DNA of 64,000 nucleotides from the human T2T-CHM13v2.0 reference genome, Homo sapiens: NCBI RefSeq assembly GCF_009914755.1, contig NC_060925.1, one strand, 5' to 3'. Every line of letters begins with the position of its first letter. Position 1 is the first letter of the stretch. Below the pieces are notes generated by a model. It saw only the letters and a list, made by a program, of their open reading frames with translations, had not been told where the DNA came from and did not search any database. Of this stretch, positions 1 to 13,269 are shown piece by piece. A program made the position numbers and the translations under genes.

Positions 1-84
1 TCTTGAACTCCTGGGCTCAAGTGATCCTCCTGCCTCAGTCTCCCAAAGTGCTGGGATTAGCAGCATGAGAGACCACGCCTGGCC
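1..84 (-). mobile_element. Alu (AluJ-like) 5' end, cut by window edge
   Basis: ctcctgggctcaagtgatcctcctgcctcag...caaagtgctgggatta...gcctggcc is the reverse complement of an Alu left arm. Confidence 0.95.
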
Positions 85-99
85 ACGACCATTTATGTT

Positions 100-196
100 G
101 ATCATCCTTATGTACTCAGTGCCTAGCACAGTGCTTGGCACAAAATAGGTGCTCAGTAAACATTTGTCAAATGAAAAAAAAATGAACGATTGAATG
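100..196 (+). mobile_element. L2 3' end
   Basis: cctagcacagtgcttggcac...ggtgctcagtaaacatttg...aatgaa matches the L2 terminus. Confidence 0.75.
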
Positions 197-852
197 TTTG
201 ACTTGGAAACCCATGCCTTCGATCTCCACAGGCTTTGTAATCTAATACACAAACACAGGCAATCCTGATTCATAACGTGACCACAGAAGGTTCCCTGGGG
301 TGGTAGAGAGCCTCATGCATGATTTAGTCAGGTATTTTGAGCTGGGATTCTGTCTGACCAGGCCAGAGTGGACCTTGCTCCCAGGAGATGGCAGTGTTGT
401 GCAGTCTCTGACTCATCAAGGCTCCCACACTGACTTCCCTGAGACCCTGGAAGCTATCGAGCTGGACCTTGACCTCTCAAGCCGTGGACGCCAAGTCCCA
501 GGGCCAGGTTTTTAAAGGAGCTGTGTGTTCAAAGCAGCTGAGAAGCAGAGCCTTTGTTCCAGAGACTGGCAGTCCCCCAATCCAAGATAAACAACCCTCC
601 TCCCCAACTCGAATGATGGATCTGGTTTGGTGTTCTGTTCAAGAACTCTCTTTCCAAGAGTGGCTCAAAGGCTCCTTTGCAGCTTTTAAATTTTACAATC
701 TCTTAGGAGAGAAGACCCAGGCCACAGAGTTGCTACCTCCTGGTGCTTTGGAAGATTCTCCCTATTCATACTTTCTCTCAAATCCCACAGCTGCTACTTG
801 CTGTGAGTGCAGACTAGCACAACCACCAACACGGACCCACAGGTAGACCATC

Positions 853-1030
853 CTGTTCAGATCCTGGCTCTGTCACTTACCGTGTGACTTAGGACAAAGC
901 CCTTACCTTTTCTCAATAAAAAGAATAGTAATACCTATTTCTCAGGCTTGTGCTGAATGATTAATCAAACAGTGCCTGGCACTGTGCACCTGGCACTGTG
1001 CCTGGAGCATAGTGGGTGCTTAGTAAACAT
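853..1030 (+). mobile_element. MIR
   Basis: gttcagatcctggctctgtcacttac..tgtgactt and a cctggcac...gtgcttagtaaa tail. Confidence 0.75.
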
Positions 1031-1250
1031 CGGTTCCCTTCCCTCTCCCCCTCCCACACTGCGCTGCTGAAGGAGCTGGGGGAGGGAATGTGAGAAAGCC
1101 TCCGCAGCAGGATTTCACTAGCAAATGTCTAAAAACAACAACCTTCTTCTCTTCCCTGGAGCACCTTCCTATCCCCAGTGTGACTGTAAAGCCAGATTAA
1201 AAAGCGCCCATGGTCATTGGAACTCGCCCCAGTCAAATAATCCACGTTAC

Positions 1251-1263
1251 CAGTCCGGTCCAT
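1251..1263 (-). CDS. Candidate first coding segment (M-D-R-T + 1 nt) of an unidentified spliced gene running off the left edge
   Basis: Minus strand reads gctgacATGGACCGGACTG|GTAACG: G at -3 and +4, then a GT donor 13 nt later, in unique relatively CpG-retaining sequence. No downstream coding exon identified. Confidence 0.35.
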
Positions 1264-1620
1264 GTCAGCCCGGCTCCTGCTGCTCCCCACTGTGGGGAGC
1301 CAGGTGCTCCTGGGAATCCTGAGGTTCACCCTGGCCCAGGGGCCTTGGCTCCCTTTCAGTTCGTTGCTTTCTTTTGTGGTGGAGCATCTGGGCTGTAGCA
1401 CTGGAAGCGTTTTGGCCCTGCTGCTGGGCCCTTATCTCTGTGCTGTGTGAGCCCCATTCCTGCCACGTCGGAACCCATTAGGGACCACTCTGCTGAAGCT
1501 TTTGAAGGAGTAATCAGTTTGTAGAGGGAAGGGGCTGTGCCAAGCCAGGCCAGATGGAGTAAGTAATGAAGGCCCCAGATTAATCTCGCCTGTCTCTTTT
1601 TTCCAATATGAAGGCTCAAC
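1264..1620 (-). promoter_or_regulatory. Candidate non-CpG-island promoter / 5' UTR
   Basis: Unique GC-richer block with AGATAAG (minus, ~1431-1437), CACGT (1464-1468), NFI half site TGCCAA (~1538), palindromic AGATTAATCT (1577-1586) and CCAAT (1603-1607). TSS cannot be located. Confidence 0.4.
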
Positions 1621-1814
1621 CCAAGAGCTTGGCAGTCTCAAGACAAATTATACTTGTCAGCTTCAAAGCATAAGTTCCCTTCCAAGCCAGAATGCACTTT
1701 CTCTCTTTCTCTCCCCATCCCCTTCTCCCTCTCTCCTGAAATACAAAACGGGAGTAAAAAATGGGGTGCATATGAGATGTTGTGACATTTTTGCATCATC
1801 GTAATAATTAGAGC

Positions 1815-2025
1815 CTCCACCGGGCATTTCCTATGTATTAGGCAACACACTGAGTCCTCTACATGCATTCAGCTTATTTATTTCTCACCATAATTCTACA
1901 AGATATATACTAGTATCCCCATTTTATGGATTAGGAAATCAATGTTCAGAGAAGATGATTGATTCAAGGTCACATAGTAAGTTGTGAAGCAAGGATTCAA
2001 ACCTAGGTTTGTGTTACTCCAACCG
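1815..2025 (-). mobile_element. MIR
   Basis: atccccattttatggattaggaaatc...aaggtcacatag...ggattcaaacctagg. Confidence 0.85.
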
Positions 2026-2189
2026 CTATGGTATACACACCCTGTAGTTTTCGGAGCTGTTAATCTCTCTAACTTAAGTCTTCGCCTGGAGGAAGAGTCC
2101 AGCTCTGAAGCCAAGAACACAGTATCCTGCTTTTTCCCATTGTTAAACATTTTCCCTGCAGTCTTGGGGTGAGAGCAAGGCATAAGGGT

Positions 2190-2430
2190 TGGGTTCTCAG
2201 AAAAACATTTCCGGAGGTTACTTTTAAAAAATCCTAGTCTTTGAGATACAGATACATGGGAACAAAGATCCTGTGGTTAAATAAATTTGGGAACCACTAC
2301 ATGTAATTGTTCCTCCTGGAGTCACAAGACATGTGAGCAGGCAACAAGTCTTAAGAGGTCCTCAAAGTAAAGACGCCCAATGAACATAGTCCTATCCACT
2401 GTTTCCCCATATTATTTCGTCCACTTATGT
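2190..2430. mobile_element. hAT-Charlie DNA transposon relic (MER112/MER113-like)
   Basis: gtggttaaataaatttgggaaccact...ctcctggagtcaca...gaggtcctcaaagtaaaga resembles the remembered consensus. Confidence 0.5.
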
Positions 2431-2469
2431 TTTCAAGGCACACCTAGAAAGCCCCATGTCTGCACTATA

Positions 2470-2605
2470 GCCTTGCTACTTCAAGTACTGTGCTCAGATC
2501 AGCACGGCAGCATCACCTGGGAGCTTGCTAGGAATACAGAATCTCAGGTCGCACCCCGGACCCATTAAATTCCCAGGTGATTTGCGTGTCAGAGACACTG
2601 GGCTC
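2470..2605. mobile_element. MER5A (hAT-Charlie)
   Basis: cagcatcacctgggagcttgctaggaatacagaatctcagg...cccaggtgattt. Confidence 0.8.
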
Positions 2606-3014
2606 TAGACTAGAGTATAACCAAACTAAGCTCAGTAGACTGGTTATCTCACTCAGGAGACAAGCATCATTAAGCCGCCCAATTTTTGAGTGACATCAAC
2701 ACAAGTGCTGTACATTTGGAAAACTAAATTAGAAAGGAAGGACCAGTTTCTCTTTTGCCCAAACAGCCCCAGAATCACAACTAAACAAAACATGGCATAA
2801 AGAATAGAATGCCATATTTTACTAGGGCACTGGCCCACTTCTAGGTTTTTGGTAATTCCTCACTAAGAAGAGTTAGCTCTGTAAACTATTGTTTTCACCT
2901 TTATTTTATACCTGCTGCCTCAGAACTGAGTTCTTATCTTTCTGGTTATCTTATCATTCTGGGTCAGATCCAGTACCCCCACCATCTGCCACACCTACTA
3001 CCCCTTCTCCCCAG

Positions 3015-3420
<406 letters not shown>

Positions 3421-4136
3421 ATTGCACGAGGCCCTACCCTTTATGTGAAGGAGGGCAGCAGACAGTTTCCTTCCTTGACAACAGGGCTGTAGCAGGGAAC
3501 AAAGGGGATCTGATAGGAGGAGGACAAGAACACTAATGGAGTAGAGAGAAACCATAGGTGAAGAATGGACCTTCCCTGTGTCGTGGTGCTTCAGTGTTGC
3601 TGGGAACAAGGCTTGACTCTGGTCATAAAGTAGTACCTTTAATGCTTCCAACTCATCTAGCTCTTGTAGTGCCAGTAACTCCTGTATGCCCCATTGCGAG
3701 TAGTCTCCAGTATCCATTCAGATCAGCTCCCCTGCACTCATATGCAGCCCCCCTCCATTGTTCTCTTCCTGACTTTCTGACTCTCTTAGTTCCAGAGGCC
3801 CCCTCTGCTGACACACCACTTCAGGCCTCTCTTGTTAAGGAGATTTAGGACACTTCTCTTTGGTTTTGCCCCCAGAGCAAAACCTGGCCTGCTCCTGGAC
3901 CTGGTTGCAAAGAATTTTAACTCATGGTCTCACATGGAGACCTAGGCATTCTAATTATCTTAACTGGCAGGATAAAGTAACAAGCAATTCTTGAATGGCT
4001 ACTGTATGTTCACTGCTGTATTTGGGATCATGTGGAGGGCATGCTGGTCACTGGACAAGGATGCCAGTGGATTACCCTTTTTTCACTGGACAAAGATTAC
4101 CCTTTTTTCTAGGTAATCCTTTCTCAAAGAAATTAA

Positions 4137-4185
<49 letters not shown>
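4137..4185. repeat. (CCTG/CTGC)12 microsatellite
   Basis: 12 uninterrupted CTGC units. Confidence 0.98.
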
Positions 4186-4186
<1 letters not shown>

Positions 4187-4199
4187 TTCTTCCCTCCTC

Positions 4200-4440
4200 C
4201 CTTCATCAAATATTTATATACCAGCTGGGGAATGCAGTGGTGAACGGGACATAGTCTCTGCCCTTAAGGAGCCTCAGTCTGGTGAGGGAAAGAAAATACA
4301 ATTATAGTTAAATGAAAGAGGTGCATACAGATGGCTGTGGAAGCACAGAAAAGGGGCATCTAATCCAGCCTTGGGGAAGGGGAAATAGGGCTGTCAGGGA
4401 AGATATGGAGGCAGTGATACCTGGCAGGGTCTAGGGTAAA
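4200..4440 (-). mobile_element. L2 3' region
   Basis: ttcatcaaatattta...gtctctgcccttaaggagcctcagtctggtgaggga...catctaatccagcc. Confidence 0.75.
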
Positions 4441-4473
4441 AGCAGGAGTTGACAAGTTTAAAATAAAGTTGCA

Positions 4474-4805
4474 GACCAGGCACAGTGGCTCGCTCCTGTA
4501 ATCCCAGCACTTTGGGAGGCAAGAGGTGGACGGGTCGCTTGAGGCCAGGAGTTCAAGACCAGCCTGGCCAACATGGCGAAAACCCATCACTACTAAAAAT
4601 ACAAAAATTAGCCAGGCATGGTGGTGCACACCTGTAATCCCTGCTACTCGGGAGGCTGAGGCAGAATGGCTTGAACTCGGGAGAGGGAGGTTGCAGTGAG
4701 CCGAGATTGCACCACAGCACTCCACCCTGGGCAACAGAGCAAGTGAGTCTCTGTCTCAAATTAAATAAATAAATAAAATTTAAAAGTAAATAAAATAAAA
4801 TAAAA
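4474..4805 (+). mobile_element. AluS with A-rich tail
   Basis: Full dimer with tactaaaaatacaaaaattag linker. Confidence 0.97.
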
Positions 4806-4968
4806 TAGGGTTGCCAAATTTTTCAAATAAAGATACAGAATGCCCAGTTATACTTGAATTTCAGATAAACAACAAATAATTTTTTTAACATAAGGAAGTC
4901 CCAAATAATGCTAAAAATAATTCCATTATTTAAATTTAACTGAGTGTCCTGGATTTTACCTGGCACCG
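4806..4968. mobile_element. MER53 palindromic MITE
   Basis: agggttgcca...tgcccagtta.acttgaatttcagataaacaacaaataatttttt...aaatttaactgagtgtcctg.attttacctggca. Confidence 0.85.
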
Positions 4969-5546
4969 CCAGAACTGTTAAGAGAAGTGGAAAAAGAGTT
5001 CCAGGCAGAGGGAGGAGCTTATTAAATACTGGGAATTAAGAAGACAGTGAGTCAGGGAAACCACAAGATGTTCAGTGTCCAGGAAGAGATGCTCCTATTT
5101 CCCAGCCTAGAACAAAGGGATCTGATAGCCCCTCAAGAAGAGAGCTCAAATCTTGCTTTTTTGTCTGTGCCTTCCTATAGCATCTACATGGACACCTGTG
5201 GGCATAAGGAGTCCTTCCAACTTCCACTGCCCTTGCCCGCCTTCAGGCCCATCCCATTTCAGATCTCCCAGCAGATTCTCTGCTTTCAACCTCTCTACCA
5301 GCATCCAATCCTGTCACATAAGGCTGAAGCTTCCAGGGCCACCTTATCATCATAGATGGCTAGAACTGGGAGGGCATTTGCATTTCAAAGATGAGGCAAG
5401 AGTGGATCAAAAAGAGAAAGTGGATTGTACCAAGGACACCCTTGATATGATCAAGGTTAGTGGCAGAGCAAGCATGAGAACTCACATCTGTGACGCCATC
5501 CAGGTTTCCTTCTTCTGTACCCCTCAGCACTCTTCCTAAAGTCTTG

Positions 5547-5960
5547 CTGCTATGACCCCTCCAAGCCTCACAATGAAATTCGGTCCCCAGTGTTGGAAGT
5601 GGGACCTAATGGAAGGTATTTGGGTCATGGGGGCAGATCCCTCATGACAGGCTGATGCTGTTCTCACGGTGATGAGTGAGTTCTCAGTCTGTTAGTTCCT
5701 GAGAAATCTGGTTGCTAAAAAAGAGGCTGCCACCTCCCTTCTCTTTTTGCTTCTCCTCTCACCATGTGATCTCTGCACACACTGGCTATCCTTGATCTTC
5801 CACCATGAGTGGAAGCAGCCTGAAGTCCTCACCAGAAGCAAATGCTGACACCATGCTTCCTGTACAGCCTGCAGAACTGAGAGCCAAATATACCTCTTTA
5901 AAAAAAATAAATTACCCAGTCTCAGATATACCTTTATAGCAACACAAATAGAATAAGACA
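5547..5960 (+). mobile_element. MaLR solo LTR (MST family)
   Basis: tgctatg...gggtcatgggggcagatccctcatga...cagcctgcagaactgagagccaaata...taagaca. Confidence 0.9.
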
Positions 5961-6300
5961 ACAGCTTTACCCATTTTGTCTAAATGTTTCTTATTTCTTC
6001 ATTATCTCAGGAGACAATTAAACCATCCACTCAAACTTTGTCTTATTCATTATGGATGACTGTGTTTTCTCACCTTGAGTAGGTTGCTAATTCTCTAACA
6101 AATTAAGTATGTTTGGTGCTTGGGTGTCATGCCCTTCTCATGGGAACTTGTGAAGCCCAGGTGAGTTGATGTTAAGTTTTGGGTCCCAGAAGTCAGAGTT
6201 GGGCACAGAACTCTTACCACAATGACCAGTAGTACAAACCACTAGAACAAGGGCTGAGCCAGAGTTCTTGGAATTATCCAAAGATCAAACTGCAGAACTA

Positions 6301-6395
6301 TTATATTAGTGCAAAAGTAATTGCATTTTTCATAATTGTGGTTTTTGCAATTAAAAGTAATTGCAAAGGCTGCAATTACTTTTGCACCAACCTAA
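6301..6395. mobile_element. MADE1 (Hsmar1-derived MITE) with TA target duplication
   Basis: gtgcaaaagtaattgc ... gcaattacttttgcaccaacctaa inverted repeats; TA at 6299-6300 and 6396-6397. Confidence 0.92.
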
Positions 6396-6506
6396 TATCT
6401 CTACGGGCACCCTGAACAGGAGCATGTGGGGTCAGGATCTGGACAGAAATGGAATGAAATGGTTGTAAGTCCAGAGCAGAGAGAAGAGGCAGCAGAATTA
6501 GCATGG

Positions 6507-6967
6507 CATTGTGGGATGAATTATATCCTCCACAAAGAAGATTTTGAAGTGCTAACCTCCAGTACCTCAGAATGTGACCTAATTTGGAAATGGAATCTTC
6601 AGAGAAGTAGAGTTAAAATGAGGTCATCAGAGTGGTCCCAATCCAATATGACTGGTGTCCTTCTAAAAAGGGGAGATTTGGACACAAGGGACAGACATAC
6701 ACACAAGAACAATACATGGACATGAAAGTGGAGATTGAGGTGCTGCATCTATAATTCAAGGAATACCGAAGGTTGCCAGCCAACCCCCAGGAGCTAGGAG
6801 AGGGGCATGCAACAGATTCTCCCTCACAGCCTCGGAAGGAACCAACCCTGCTGACACCTTAATCTCATACTTCTGGCCTCCAGAACTGTGGGACAATAAG
6901 CTTCTGTTGTCCTAAGCCATCCAGTTTTTCATGCTTTGTTATGGCAGCCCTAGCAAATGAATATACA
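6507..6967 (+). mobile_element. MLT1C-like MaLR solo LTR
   Basis: gtacctcagaatgtgacct...aatccaatatgactggtgtcctt...gaaggaaccaaccctgctgacacctt...ggcagccctagcaa. Confidence 0.9.
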
Positions 6968-7242
6968 TGGAGTATCTTGGAGTGTGCCAGGATTCTGCCA
7001 TGGACACTTGCTGTCCTCTAACTAGGTGGCATCATCCAGTTCTGTGGCTTCAAAGCCATCTCTAAATCAGTAAATTCCTAATTTAGATCTCCAGCCATGG
7101 GCTCATCCCAGAACTTGAAGCTTCTATATCCCACTGTCCATTTGTCACTTTTTTGGATGTCTTTTAGGCACCTCAAATTCATGGGGCTCAAACAGAAATC
7201 TTGATCCCCTGCATGATCATAGTCATCTTATTCTTTCCCTGG

Positions 7243-7687
7243 TGTGATGGTTAATTTTATGTGTCAACTTAGCTGGTCCAGAAGGTGCCCCAATATTTGG
7301 TGAAGCATTATCTCTGGGTGTGTCTGGGAGGGTGTTTCTGGGTGAGATGAACATTTGTGTTTGTGGATTGAGGAAAGTTGATTGTCTTCCCTAAGGTGAA
7401 TGGACTTTATTCAGTCGAGGCCTGAATAGAATAAGAGGCTGAGTAGAAATAATTCTCTCTATATATCTGACTGTCTTTGAGCTGCAACATCAATCCTCTC
7501 TTACCTTCAGACTTGGACTGGAACTTACCCCATGGGCTCTTCTGGTTCTCAGGCTTTCAGACTTGGACTGGAACTCTACCATCAGCTCGCCTTAGTCTCT
7601 AGTTGCCACCTGCAGATCTCAGACTTCTCAGCCTTCATAATCACATGAGCCAATTCCTTACTCTCTCTCTCTCTCTCTCTCTCTCTG

Positions 7688-7748
<61 letters not shown>

Positions 7749-7786
7749 TATGTGTTCTGTTTCTCTGGAGAACCCAGACCAATATA
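7243..7786 (+). mobile_element. MLT2 (ERVL) solo LTR
   Basis: tgtgatggttaattttatgtgtcaactt...ttctgtttctctggagaaccc. Confidence 0.92.
7661..7754. repeat. (CT)13 followed by interrupted (TG)n
   Basis: Read directly. Confidence 0.97.
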
Positions 7787-8240
7787 TGTAGTTTTTCCTA
7801 TCTCAACAAATAATCCCCAGGCATCCAGATGCTCAGGCCAAAAATCTAGGAGCTATCCTTCAGTTCTTTCAGTTCAGTGTGCCTGAGAGTGCCATCAACT
7901 TGACCTCAGAAATATGCTCTGAAACTCTCCACTTTTCTCTGCTGGTGCCACACAATTCAAGGCACCCAGATTACAGCAATGGGTAATCCACAGCTTCCAC
8001 TCCTGCCTCACCCCCATTCTCCACACAGCAGCCAAAATGAACTCTTACAAACAAAACCACAGCATACCACCCTCCTTTTAAAACCTTCTAATGACTTCAC
8101 AACACACTTAGAATAAAAACCAAACATCTAGCCCCAGCTCATAAACATTGCATGATCTCACCCTGACGACCTTTTCAACCTCCTCGCCTGGCGCCCTGGC
8201 TACCCTGGCCTGTCATGGGTTCCTCACACACTTTGAGCTT

Positions 8241-8526
8241 CTTTTTATTGAGACAAGGTCTCACTCTGTCACCCAGGATGGAGTGCAGTGGCACCATCTC
8301 GGCTCACTTCAACCTCCACCTCCCCAGTTCAAATGATTCTCATGCCTCAGCCTCCTGAGTGGCTGGAATTACAGGCGTGCGCCACCACATTCAGCTACTG
8401 TTGTATTTTCAGTAGAGATGGGGTTTCACCGTGTTGCCCAGGCTGGTCTTGAACTCCTGAGCTCAAGTGCTCTGCTCACATTGGCCTCTCAAAGTGCTGG
8501 GATTATAGGCGTGAGCCACCGCTTCC
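8241..8526 (-). mobile_element. Alu
   Basis: Full reverse-complement dimer. Confidence 0.95.
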
Positions 8527-9029
8527 ACCTCAAGCTGCTTTTTGACGGACTCTGCACTAGCTGCTTCCTTTTTGCAGAATCCCCTTCGTCCCCTGCCCCC
8601 TGTCAATATTCTCATGATGGCCCCATGTCCTTCAGATCGCTGCAAATGCCACCTCCTCAAAGAAGTTTTCCCTGACCAGCCATCCTGAAGCAGCTGCTTC
8701 CTCAGTTACATGCCGACAGTGCAATTGTCAGCATGAGTGGTATCTACTACTAGCAAACAAGTTGTCTGTGTTTTTGTGTGTTCATTTCTTTATTTATTTT
8801 CTCCGCCTCACAAGAGTATACAGTTCAAGAGAGATATAAGGTCTGCCTTGTTCACCATTCTCTATTCAGTTTCTAAAACAATACCGGAGCCATGGTGAGT
8901 GCCTGACAGGCATTTGTTGAATGACTGCCGTGTGGCTTTGAGATGTATATTCATGGCTCTTTGGACTATGCAGGTGGATCAGCCTGGTTTAAAAATAGAG
9001 GATTAGACAGACATTGACTCCTGGTACAT

Positions 9030-9832
<803 letters not shown>

Positions 9833-10354
9833 AAGATAATGCTTAATAGTTTTTGGATGCGTGAATGATTCAATTGTGGTAGACAGTTTCAAAGCAATTT
9901 AAGAAGTGTTCTTTGCCATATACTTGGAAAATATTATTAAAAGCTATTCTCAACTGCTTGTATAGTCTATAGATTAATATGTTTTTGTTATGCTGTTCCT
10001 TTTTTAAAATAGATTTTTATTTGTATGGATAATATCGATTTACAAAAGGATAATTTAGGTTTACATGCTTAAAGTTTCCAAGGTACCTTCTTTCCCATGG
10101 AATTCATTTGCCTGTTAGGCTCTAATTATTCCAGTCTGTATGACCTTGACCGAAACACTTCACTTCTCATTCTCCCTGCATATAAAATGAGTGAGCTAGA
10201 TAGATACTTTCTGCAGTATATTTAGGTGCTGAGGTTCCGTAGGTCTATATGCAAGATCAGATTGTGTTTATTGAAGGCAAAACAGTCCTATTTCGAGGCA
10301 GGGGCTGCTTCTTAGGACCAGAGGTGGATGTATCATGAGGCTAGTGAAGCCTAA

Positions 10355-11118
<764 letters not shown>

Positions 11119-11559
11119 AGATCTCCCATCTCTTATAAGCTCTGCAAGCCTGGATCTGCCCTATGGCCTCTTCCTGTGCCCTGGTTAAAGTCTGTCATGA
11201 CTTCTTCTTGCTGTGGCCACAGTCTAGCTGCAATGACTGCAGCCTGAGGGGTCCACATGGAGAGATGCAATCCACTCTTATTTGCTGTGTAAGTAAACAA
11301 TGGGTGCATTTAGATTTCAACATGACTCTATCTTCAAAGTCCCTGAATTGAAGTCCTTGCACTGCTGAACTATCTTTTGGATTTTAGAATCGGGGTGGTT
11401 CCGAGTCTTAATTAGCACACTTTAGTCTAGACTACTTCTGTCTCCCTGAAAATGGTTTTAACAAATGATAGGTCATGCTTGTTAGGTAGGCTCTTGGCCA
11501 CAAAAAGGCCTCGAATTAATCTGCTCCACAGTATTTATTTATATGTAAAGTTTACCTAT

Positions 11560-11715
11560 CATTATTGAGTGTTAGGCACTGTGTTAAGAGCTTTACAAGC
11601 ATTGGTTCTCCTCCGAAGAATGTTGTGAAGCATTATCCCCAATATATCGATGAAGAAACCTAGGCCCAGAGAGGTTAAGAAAATTCCCCAAAATCTCACA
11701 GCTCCAAAATGGGAA
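11560..11715 (-). mobile_element. MIR
   Basis: gatgaagaaacctaggcccagagaggttaag core. Confidence 0.8.
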
Positions 11716-11729
11716 AGTAAAAAAAAAAA

Positions 11730-11864
<135 letters not shown>

Positions 11865-11953
11865 TAAAACAAAGTTTCAAAATCCTCCTGGCAAAATATC
11901 CATAGACTCTTGGAGATGACACATTTGAGGGACAACATTGGTTTTCAAGTTAA

Positions 11954-12409
<456 letters not shown>

Positions 12410-12431
12410 TGACCATTATGCCATATATATG

Positions 12432-12775
12432 TATCATTCATTCCTTCATTTATACATCCATCCCTCCATCCATTCACCTACTCCTTCATCCATCCATCCA
12501 TCCATCCATCCATTCATCTATTTGTCCATCTGTCCATCCAACCATCCATCCATCCAACCATCCACCCACTCACCCATGCACTGGTCCACTCATCATATTA
12601 TACACACATCTATCTATCCGCTTACCCACCCACCCTCCATCCATCCATCCCCCATCCATTCATCCATTCACCATCCATCCTTCCATCCATTCATCCATCC
12701 ATCCATCCCTTCTTCCATCCACTTCTTCATCCATCTATCCACCCATCCACCCATCTGTCCATCCATCCATCCTAC
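12432..12775. repeat. Degenerate (TCCA)n tract
   Basis: About 340 bp of CCAT/TCAT/CCAC variants. Confidence 0.95.
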
Positions 12776-13015
12776 AATCTTCCCTGCACCAGGTCCTATT
12801 CTAGGTGCCAGACATCACACATCCATTTCCATGACACATTGCCTTTCATATTATTTCTCACACTCAGAACAGCATCCCTCCTCCTCTGTCTGTCCAAATA
12901 TTACCAGCTCTCACGTGCCATTCAGATTCCTCATCCGCACTGAAATTTTCTCTCCCTACATTAAATCAAATAATTTCAGTCCAAATCTGGATTTGATGTA
13001 ATATTAGGACCACAA

Positions 13016-13260
13016 GGCTGGCTGTGGTGGCTCACATCTGTGTGAGGCACTTTGGGAGGCTGAGGTGGGAGGGAGGAATCCTTGAGCTCAGGAATTTGAG
13101 ACTCACCTGAGCAATATAGTGAGACCCTGTCTTTACAAAAAAAAAAAAAAAAAAATCAGCTGGGTGTGGTGGCATGTGCCTGTGGTCCTAGCTACTGGGG
13201 AGGCTAAGGTGGGAGGATCGCTTGAGCCCAGGAGGTCAAGGCTGCAGTGAGAAAAAAAAA
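13016..13260 (+). mobile_element. AluJ with the right-arm end missing
   Basis: ggaggatcgcttgagcccaggaggtcaaggctgcagtgag followed directly by oligo-A. Confidence 0.93.
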
Positions 13261-13269
13261 ATCCACAAG

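Larger units (their letters stand above)
7010..8925 (+). mobile_element. L2a relic interrupted by an MLT2 LTR and an Alu
   Basis: Colinear L2 motifs: ggatgtcttttaggcacctcaaa, ctcaggccaaaaatctagga, ctccacacagcagcca, terminal catttgttgaatga. Confidence 0.8.

Noticed and set aside
469-846. 125-aa plus-strand ORF in unique DNA
   Set aside because: Non-ATG start (TTG), no recognisable domain or exon context
872-910. Two strong minus-strand donors (ACG|GTAAGT, AAG|GTAAGG)
   Set aside because: Both lie in a MIR and no supporting exon could be defined
1251-1620. Assigning a gene name to the candidate first exon (FGF1 exon 1A was considered)
   Set aside because: Sequence does not match my recollection of that leader; no confident recognition, needs BLAT
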